Source of the DNA: the human T2T-CHM13v2.0 reference genome, Homo sapiens
Reading direction: 5' to 3' (one strand)
Length of the DNA: 64,000 nt
Assembly: GCF_009914755.1 (NCBI RefSeq)
Contig: NC_060927.1
The notes under the pieces were generated by a model. The model did no database searches. It was not told the DNA's origin and was given only the letters and a program-made list of their open reading frames with translations. Of this stretch, positions 54,412 through 64,000 are shown piece after piece. The position numbers were made by a program, and so were the translations under genes. Position 1 is the first letter of the stretch. Every line of letters starts with the position of its first letter.

Positions 54412-54790
54412 TGTATCAGTCAGGATAGGCTTGGTTATGCTGCAAGAAACCAACAATCCTCAAATTTCAGGGATTTAAAACAACAAGTTGATTGCTACAT
54501 GCCCGAGGTCTGCTGCAAGTTTTGGTGATGCTCCTGGGTAGCTTCTCTCCATTTGCCAATTTAGAGTTGCAGTTTCATGTCAACACATGCTTCCACAGTC
54601 ACCAGAATGGGCAAAGGAAGGCTGGAGAATTGACCCCCAGCAATTAAATACTTGAAGCTTCAAGTGCTATCTTGCTTTCTCCCATTCTATTAGCTCAAGC
54701 ACGTCACATAACTTCAAGGGGGATGGGTTATATAATCCTCCCAAGTACCTAGAAAGAGGGGAACAACATACCAGTGAACAATGTTATGTC
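54412..54790 (-). mobile_element. Old MLT1 (K/L-like) LTR, boundaries approximate
   Basis: tgtatcagtcaggataggcttggttatgctgc...aacaatcctcaaatttcagggatttaaaacaacaa. Confidence 0.55.
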
Positions 54791-55410
54791 CACCATGCTC
54801 CTTTTCTGATCCCTGTCCACTTTCTTGTGACATGATACACAACCGAAGAAAACAATGAGCAGCAAGGAAATTGAATAATGCCCAAACTAAACTCATAATT
54901 ATCTACCTAATTCCTTTGTAGAACCTGCAGAAGTCTCAGATAGGACCCTGAGTTTAGGGAAATAGTTAAGACTAGGAAATCAGCCCAAGATAAATGACTT
55001 TCTTATATTATCCTGTTTTCTGTGCCTACTTGATGTTTATCTAATTTGAGATCTGGGATCAATCTAGATTAAGGTCTGCCATTAAGAGACAGAACTCCTG
55101 GGTGCAGCATGAATATGGATTCTTAGATGTGTATAAATATTGGCTTTGATAGTCTTGAGTGAAATGATATTCGCTTGACAGTAATGATCGAAAGCTTTGG
55201 GTCCATTCTCTTTGGCTATATCACAAGCCTTAGTAATCTTTCTGTTTAGAATTTTTATCACTAAAACTATATACTATGTATATGTGAATACATGTAATGT
55301 AGGAATAATATATAAGTAGTAAATAGTGTTTATAATATTTAATAAAGATAGGTAGGTAGGTAGGTAGGTAGATAGATTTGAACCCATAAGTGACTGAACC
55401 AGATGTAAAT

Positions 55411-55603
55411 GTAGGTGATTCACCCATTTGAGCTAAGTGATTTTTGCATTTTGTAGCCACATTCACTTTGTAAAATTGAATGTCAGTTAGAAGTGAATTT
55501 TTGCACACGTAGGTGATTCACCCATTTGAGCTAAGTGACTTTTGCATTTTGTAGCCACATTCACTTTGTAAAATTGAACATCAATTAGAAGTGAATTTTT
55601 GCA
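55411..55603. repeat. 98-bp-period tandem duplication (2 x 95 bp, 4 mismatches)
   Basis: Copies at 55411-55505 and 55509-55603. Confidence 0.95.
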
Positions 55604-56363
55604 ATGAGTCAAAAGATATTTAAAGAGATAACTCTACATCTGGAGATATTTCTGCAGCTGGGAAATAGTTCAAGAATAAAGACTAGCAGACTAGTTGGTT
55701 AGTACTATTTTAAGAAAGGCATTAGAATCAGCATTTTTAGCTGGAAGGGACCTCAGAAAGCACATTATCTAACCCCTTTTCCTCTTTTAAGTACATAATT
55801 ACTATCTGAAACAACATGCAATTTATTCTAATATTGAGAGTTGTAATAAAACACTAGCTGTTCCTGAGTAAAAAGGCCTATGCTAGCCATAAATAGAAGG
55901 ATGAAGTGAGTTCCTCTTAAAAACTGACCTATTCTTTATATTTGTTGTTATAATCACAAAAAGAAACAATAAAAGCTCAATTTTTTATATTGAGTATAAA
56001 AGCTGGTGCATTGTAGATACGACTTAGAGTAGGTTGATGAAGATGGTGAAAATAATTCTGTGAGTTATGGGAAATAATGAGAGACTATGCTGGGGATTGG
56101 TAGGTAAATGGGTATTAGAACCTTTGGAGGTGAGTGGTCTCCTTTGCTGGTGGTATTTTGTGTCTCCCTATGTATAAACTTTATATACACATCTGCTCCA
56201 GGGTGAGCAGAGAGGCCACAGACATCAGTGTACGTAACTTGTCATTGGGAAAAATCCCCCTTTTCACAACAAAAAGATTAGGACAGCATTATAATCTTAG
56301 GCAACTCACTTTTTTTTTCTTTTTTGGACATTATGTACCAGCTTCTGTGTTAGGCACTCCATA

Positions 56364-56575
56364 CAGGTAACACTTGGGACTAGAAGTGTTTTGGATTTCA
56401 GATTTTTTTATTTCAGACTTCAGAATATTTGTGTTGTGCTTAACCAGTTGAGCATCCCTAATCTGAAAATCTGAAACGCTCCAAAAAGCATTTTCTTTGA
56501 GTGTCACATCAGTGCTTGAAAAGTTTAGAATTTTGGAGCATTTCAGATATTCAGATTAGTGATACTCAACTTGTA
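56364..56575. mobile_element. Tigger4a/MER46-like DNA transposon
   Basis: cttgggactagaagtgttttggatttcag...cagttgagcatccctaatctgaaaatc...gatactcaacttgta. Confidence 0.75.
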
Positions 56576-57468
56576 GTAACCTTGGATGAACAGCCAGATA
56601 AGGGGAAAAAATAACATACAAAGAGCTATGGTAATACAGAGGAGAAGATAGAGTCATTAATTCTAGTTAGGAATCTGCGAAGGCTTTGCAAAGAGAGAGA
56701 GTAATTTGAAGTAGGTTTTTAAAATAGGAAGAATTTTAGTAGGCAGAGAAGAAGCAGAAGATATTCCCATGAAGAGCAAATAGGTGATCAGAGACAGGAA
56801 GACAAGAATAAGCTAGATATGTTCATACACACATACATACACAGACTTTCTACCCCCGTTTCCCTTTTATATCTTATTACTAACATATATGTGTGTGCAT
56901 ATATATATATCTGTATACACACATATATATATAAATGTTTTTCTATCCTATTAGAATACAGTAGGACAGGGATTTTTTTGTCAGCACTGCCCTGTCTTAA
57001 GCATCTACAAAAGTGTCTGGCAAATGGTTGGTGCTCAAATATTTATTGAGTGGATTAATCAATCAAAGGTGTTTGAGAAGGGCAGTGACATCATCTTATA
57101 CTTTGGGAGGACAATTCACAAGCTGCTATGAGGATAATTTGCAGAAGCAGATTCTGGGCAAAGGAAAGTTCAGAGACTACCGAAAGAATACAGGTTTTCA
57201 AAGCTAATCACAATCGAGGATAGGAGCATGCCTTAATTATTTGAATCCTCTACTGCTGCCTTTTAGCATATGTCTGGCACACATTAGGCATTCAGTACAT
57301 TGATGGATAGATCGTTAGATCTGCATTTATTAAAAATCTATATCATTTAGCTCTAAATTCTATAGTCCTCCCTATATTACCTTGTACTGGGGTTTTGGAT
57401 TACTAGAATAATGATTAGGGAAAAGAAAACATATACTTTTCTTTATTCACAAAGAAAGGAAATCCTAG

Positions 57469-57805
<337 letters not shown>

Positions 57806-58719
57806 CAAACTTTTTTTTTTTTTTTTTTTTTTAAGAGCACAGTTGGATATTCAAGATGCTTGATGTTTTAAATCAAAATTTGACATCAAGCATAATACAA
57901 CATGATATTGGGATATTGTCAATAAATATTTTTGCCTGTTAAATTATGCTCAAGGATAAGTAAAATGCACTGTCATAGAAAATTAATAGATTATAAGCAC
58001 AGTTACTAGAGCACATTTTAAAGTTGTTGATGATTATTCCATTCACTTCCATGGTCTAATGTGAAGATGTCCTTTCTCCATTAAAACACTCAGCGGCAAG
58101 TACATTCTATTTATCTCCTAACTAACTCCTGGAAAGATGCCTAAAATCTCAAACTAAGAATTAGGGCAACAGTGTTATATTCAGCTGTAGTAATGAAATT
58201 GCAAATATAAATATTAATGCATATGGAAGCATACCAATCAGATGAATCCCTTAGAAGTGAAAACTCATGGATACATAGATTTTAATTTTGATGGTTATTG
58301 CTAATAAATTTATACTTTGTACCAATGTACACTGCCACTGATAGCATATGAGAGGAAAGTATGTTCTTTAGTTATTAGCTAGCTTGACATTTAACAAAAC
58401 CATTGCTATGCTACTAAGTGATATACTGGCCAGTTGAAAATGTTCTTGTGTGCCCCCCTTTGTCTCTATCCAAAGTGTGAGCTCTTATCCACTGATGTAT
58501 TGGATAAATTTGGCTGTTTATATATTAAGTGAAATCCTCTTTAAACTTTTATTCTTCCTTCCCATATTTAATATTGAAGCATAAATCTCCGGCTGTGTTC
58601 TTCTTTATTAGGCATGAAGATGAAGAAAAGTGAAAGGTAGAGGGGGACAGTAAGTGAGGGTAGGATGGAATTAGGTTGGCGATAAAAAGTTAAAGCTTTT
58701 ATTGAATTACTATATTGTG

Positions 58720-58874
58720 AATAATAGCTATTATTTATTGAGTGCTACTTATATGGTAGGCATTGTTACAAGCACTTTACATGAACTGTGTCATTTAATC
58801 CTTACAGTCAACCCCTCAGGTAGAAATTACTGTTTTCTCCCTTCTGTCAGTGAGGAAACTGAGGCTTTGAGGGG
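58720..58874 (-). mobile_element. MIR, interrupted by the MER31 LTR and continuing at ~59345
   Basis: tttattgagtgctactta...tcatttaatccttaca...gaggaaactgaggct; resumes as attaagtaattttaccagggtca after the LTR. Confidence 0.75.
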
Positions 58875-59344
58875 TATTAAGGAAAAAAAACATTCAGTGA
58901 TACTTTTATTAAAGCACAGTGAGGCAAACTTTATTCAGGACCATAGAAATAGGTATAGGGAGTCTTGTAATAGGGGAGAAAGACTGGGCTTAATTCTGAA
59001 TACAGCATATGCAAGTGGGCATTTATAGCAAAGGAGCAGAGTAGGGGTCAGTGGATGAAAAATTACTAAGAGGAAGCATCAGAGGTAAGGGGAACTTCTG
59101 GCTAAACCAACATAACAGGATTCCTGTTGAAGACAGGGCAGTGTGATCAGACATTACCTGGGAGGTAGTGGAGGATGAAGCACCTGATGAGCTATCTGGG
59201 ATGATCATATATTGAGGGTGGGAGATTCTTGCTAAACTAACTTAGCAGGGATTGCTAAAACACAGATTTTATGAGGAAGTGGACAGATGGGCCTTGAAGA
59301 AGGTTCAGAAGACTCAAGTTTGGCCAAGCAAGGAATCTTTGTCA
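58875..59344 (-). mobile_element. MER31-like ERV1 solo LTR
   Basis: The reverse complement begins tgacaaagattccttgcttggccaaact...tgaaccttct...ggcccatctg...cctgctaagttagtttagc. Confidence 0.7.
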
Positions 59345-59459
59345 AGGATTAAGTAATTTTACCAGGGTCATCTTTAATATACAGCTTCTGAATTTGGGTT
59401 CTTAACTTCTATTCCTTGCTGCCTACCAACCAAGAGAACATATGTCATTACTAATTAGA

Positions 59460-59670
59460 GCTTATATTTATTTAGCATTTTCTAAATGTGTGGCATTGTT
59501 GTAAGTTCTTTATACATATTACCTCATGAAATTCTCATAACAACGTTGTGAAGCACATGCCGTTATTATCTTCACCTTTAAGATGAGCATACTGAAGCTC
59601 AGAAAGTTAATCACTTCATTAGTGCCACCATCTATTTGAGGTAGAATTAGAACCTGTGCAGTCTAGCTCA
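59460..59670 (-). mobile_element. MIR
   Basis: tttattagcattttctaaatgtg...ctcataacaac...gatgagcatactgaagctcagaaagttaa. Confidence 0.7.
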
Positions 59671-62600
59671 AGAGCCTACAATGGGTTTCAAGTACTGAAA
59701 AGATCACTGGCCTACCAGTCAAGGAGCATGGATTTGGATTTGTGTCCCAGCTCCATCATGAGTGAACCCTTGGGGGAAATCCTTTCACCTCAACTCTGTT
59801 TCCTCATGTAAAAGGAGGGCATTTGTTTCTCCATAGTCCTGAGGGACTACTTGCACTAACATTTTAGGTTCATCAATGAAAGGGGCTGAGCAAGTGTGCT
59901 ACTTCTCATTCATCAGTTGTTGAGGATAACCTTAGACTTTAGTAGTTATGTTATTCCACAGCCTCTGGGATTGTACCCAGAAGATGCTCACCTTCTGCAA
60001 TTTAATATACCATCATTTCCCAACACATCAGGTGCTTTTACATCTTTGTGGGACAAAGCTCCATACACCAGTGCATATTGACATTTGAAACCTATTTATA
60101 GAGATATTATATGACCCTACTGCACATGTGGGTGGGACCTCATAAAAAAAAAAACCTCTTCAAAACAGTTCAAAGATACACATGTCATCTCCTGGTAAGT
60201 TAAAAAAAAAAATTAAGTTACAATGTAAAGTTCACATATTTTCTTCGAACAATTCACTTCATTATCCAACTTGCCCTGCTAAAGGTCTGTTACACAGATT
60301 TGTAGCCAAGTACTTGAAGTAGATTATTTTCAACATTTTATGAAATAAAGAAACATTGAGGCATTTTTACTGACAAGAGTTACCTAAATATTCTGCATCT
60401 TCTTGTTTTGAACGATATGCAGATTCAACTAAAATGATATCTTAAAATAAAGAAATTGGATACTTTGTACTGTCACAACTCCTTTTTCTTATGGACACTT
60501 GCCATATTTTAAGACTTTTCTCCATGAGTTCTACAAGTAGATTTTTTAAGCCCTGTAATCTTAGTGCTTGTCGTTTTCCCTTGTATTTGTAGCAGCTGCT
60601 TCCTTTCATGATCCTCTTTCTTCCTTCTAACTTCCTCATTTTAGTGCCTCTCATCACCATCACTCCCCTACTTCCAGCTCCACATACACTCACGCATGTG
60701 CACACAAGCATACCCACACATCATATATTGTTCTGGGCACTTGTCACTTTGATGCATAAGGCTTAATGATACTATGTTAAGATATATATGAGGTGACATA
60801 AACATGTTTAGATCTTGGATGAGGAAGGATAGAAATAAAAATAATATCATTTCCATCTACTTTTACACATTTAAAGTGTCTAGAGTTGTCTTGGATTTTG
60901 TTTTACAGAACTTTGGATTAACTCAGATTCTTTATGTGCTCATTTTTTAAAAGCTTATATTTCTTCAAACCTTACTTAAATGTAAGATGGTATTGTGTTC
61001 AAAAATGATATTATTAATAGAAGGGAAGAAAAGGAAAGTGGGTCCTAAAGTTGAATTATTGAACATGCTAACAAATTAAACTTTCGTTCTTAATGGTGAC
61101 ATAATACTCATTATAGAATTCTCCACCCACAAATTGTTATCAGGTGAATATTTTTCCTATTGGCCTGTTTCCTTGATCTGCCATTTACCATGCATATTGG
61201 AGGCCTCAGTTTTCTATACACTTTATAGCACCTAGACTTATTTGTGAAATCCTGCACACGTTGTTCTAAGAACCTTTGTGTTCTACCCTATATTATCCAG
61301 TTTCCTCAGGTTTGAGCTAAACATGAGATTGCAGCAAATCATTCCAAGCTGCTTTGGATAAAAAGTGATAGAAGATTTTTTACAGCTTTTGAAGTCACTT
61401 ATATCCGGTATGATCTTTCCATTTTTTCCTCCAAGCAACTTTCATACAAATGCCACATTCATTTAGAAACAGGGCTACAATCAAAAGTAAACAACTGTGC
61501 CTTTTTCTTTAATACACAGATGGTGCATATTCTCTTTGATGTGTTACCCTTTCTGGGTCTGTTAGGAAAACATGACTCCTATTCCAAGATCATGTCACTC
61601 CCCTTTAATACAAGATGCTTCATCTCTGTGAACAAGGAAGATCTATTTCTGAACCTGCATCTGCTCCACATCTTTACAAGACCAGTGATCTTTTCCTCCA
61701 GGTGATAACATTTAGCCCCTCCCATTTTCTTACATCTCATTATCAAGACATGAACAGCTTCCACCTCTTCTGGATCTTTTACCTGTAATCATACGTGATT
61801 TTTTCAGTCAAGATCCTCTGCAGGGGCTTATAAACTCTTACACATCTGTTTCAGTTCATGGCAGTCCTATACCTTCTGCTCCACCTCCCTGAACCTCACA
61901 ATTGGTTCAATGTCTGTAATATGAGCTGCTCACTCACCACCCAGGGAATTTACAGTCTTTGTCCTCTCTTGAAGAACAATCACTTCTCCCTGTAGTCAGC
62001 CCCTGTAATACATTCCTTTCTTCAGTTGAGCTGGTATTCCTTTCTCCTTCTATTGTTGTTTTGAAAAATCTGTGTTCTGATTTCCTGGGTAGAATATGAT
62101 CCTCCTCACTCTTAGACTCAGTGTATAGTAATAATCTCTTTTATTATCCACACGGCTATCCTTTCATAGACAAACAATATCCTTTTGTCTCACAAGCCTT
62201 TAGTAAAGTGTACAGCCTACATTTATTCTTATTCCTTCTCTTTTTTTTTGTACACCTGCAGCTTCTGCATACTTGATTACAGTCCATTGGTGTTTTTTGC
62301 ATGGTTTTGTTTCCCCTTCTTCACTCCCTATTGTTGATAGTAAAATCCTGGATTCCCCTGGGCTTTGAGAACCTAGCTGTCATCATCATCATTATCATTA
62401 TCGTCATCATCCAGATTAATGTTTCTCAAGTTCTGCTCTCACTGTATTGCTTTCACCTAGGATCTGGGTGGCTCTGTAGGCTTGGGACTCTCAGTCTAGC
62501 CCTATGTGATCTGACTCCACCATACCTAACCCAGTACTCCCAGTATGTTCAAGTGAGTTCTCCCATCCAACCAATAAAGTGTGAGTCCTCACTAATACTG

Positions 62601-63063
62601 GTTAACCTTTACCTCTTCACAGCTTATGTTGATTGCTCTAGCCTCTGAACCCCTGTCATTTCTGTAGTCTGTATTTTAAGTCTTCAGTATGTTATCTACA
62701 ATTTCAAAAATCTCTAAGCAAATCAAGTTTTTCCTAACCCATTTTGCACTCAAATCTGAGCTGAACTACTGATTCTCACAGTGTTATTTATAATCATTTT
62801 TCTCACTTAATATGAACGTTCAATTTTCCACTGCGGATATATTGATGTGCTTGACCGTGGGGTTCTGTACCATATCCTGCAGGAGGTGCTTTATAAATAT
62901 ATGGAATATGTACCTATCACTTTTCTAAAATCAGAAAAATTCTGAATTCCAAAACACATCTGGTCCTAAGAGTTTCAGATGAGAGATTGTGGACTTGTAG
63001 TGATTTAGCCATTTAATAATATTAGGTCAGCAGGTAGTTACATGTCTACAGTGTGCTGGGTAC

Positions 63064-63838
63064 TGAAACGGGAGGGTTCCTTGATCCCCCTTGCAGGACA
63101 TACAGCAGGGTTGTGGCTTGCCTGTTCCATCGCCACTGCTGCTCAAACCACTGAGGTTTGGGGGGTGGGGGGTGGGGCGAGCATGCAGACAGACAGGTGC
63201 AAGAGCCCAGGTGTGCATGTGTTACAGTGTGCCCTTTTAGCCCTGCTGTCTGTAGACGGCTTGAGTGTTAACCAGCTCAGTGGACCCTCTGCCTTTCTGC
63301 AAGGGCAGAAGGCCAGTGTGACAACTTTCTGTATCCTGAGCTCTTGTCCAGTGTCCCGGTAGAATTGGGTCACACACGGACTCAGTGGATGAGTGTGGAC
63401 TTGAAGGATGAATGCAGGATTTCAGTGAGTGGTGGAGGTGGCTCTCAGTGGGATGGATGGGGAGCTGGCAGCGGGGATGGAGTGGGAAGATGATCTTCCC
63501 CTGGAGCCTGGCCATCCAGCTGCCAAACTCCTCTTCCACCACCTCCAGCCAAACTCCTCTCAGTGTTCAAATGTTGCTCCTCTTCTCTATTTCTCTGTCA
63601 CATTGTTCCGCCATCCATCTGCTTGTCCCCTCCTCTCCTTGCCTGCTGGTCAGCTTTTGGAGCCTGGGGTTTTGGTTTATATGGGTACAGGATAGTGGGC
63701 ACGGTGGGCCAAAAGGCAACTTCTTGGGCATGAAAACAGGAATGTTGTCCCCATTTAGGGCCGCTGGTCTCCAGGCTTGAGGGTGGGACCTTTGCCAGGC
63801 AACCACCCTCTTCTACCCAGTGTCTTCTGTTTGTATCA
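63064..63838 (-). mobile_element. ERV1 solo LTR of the LTR1/LTR27/LTR28 (HUERS) group, full length
   Basis: TG...CA termini and a perfect 4-bp TSD gtac (63060-63063, 63839-63842). The reverse complement reads tgatac...ctgggtagaagagggtggttgcctggcaaagg...cctgtacccatataaacc. Confidence 0.8.
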
Positions 63839-64000
63839 GTACCATGGGAGATAAAGACAAGTAAAAGCATAGAAAGGCCTCCCACTTGTGTTCAAATTGC
63901 CTCGCTTTGTTGTTTAACTGTTTGAATGACAAGCCACATGAAACAAGATTATAAATTCCTGGAGGACAGGGCCCATACATTCTTTCACAAGTAGATATTA

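Noticed and set aside
63027-63885. Dense cluster of overlapping ORFs on both strands
   Set aside because: All lie over a GC-rich solo LTR where stop codons are rarer; no recognisable protein.

Overview
AT-rich human genomic DNA covering the middle of NECTIN3 (PVRL3/CD113, an Ig-superfamily adhesion molecule) on the + strand. The window starts inside intron 1. It contains coding exons 2-5 (three Ig domains) and the long terminal exon of the alpha isoform, which ends in the afadin/PDZ motif EWYV and has a ~3.3 kb 3'UTR. Two further exons encode the alternative beta/gamma transmembrane segment and tail, followed by ~28 kb of intron whose next exon is not in the window. The rest is interspersed repeats: 13 Alus (one near-consensus AluYa5), L1/L2/MIR, MER DNA transposons and MaLR/ERV1 LTRs. 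Repeat family names are from recalled consensus sequences, not a RepeatMasker run. Nearly all non-NECTIN3 ORFs in the track are repeat or low-complexity artefacts. I find no unrelated novel gene system. The best leads are in RNA processing: (i) exons 2-5 would form a 909-nt stop-free circle with a single strong-context AUG; (ii) both long UG tracts directly follow cryptic 5' splice sites with upstream acceptors, a TDP-43-type cryptic exon layout; (iii) a perfect 3x25-bp repeat carries three ATTAAA signals just after the gamma stop codon; (iv) +4 tandem donors and alternative acceptors give truncated or soluble forms; (v) a cluster of RFX X-boxes lies in the distal intron. These are untested hypotheses.
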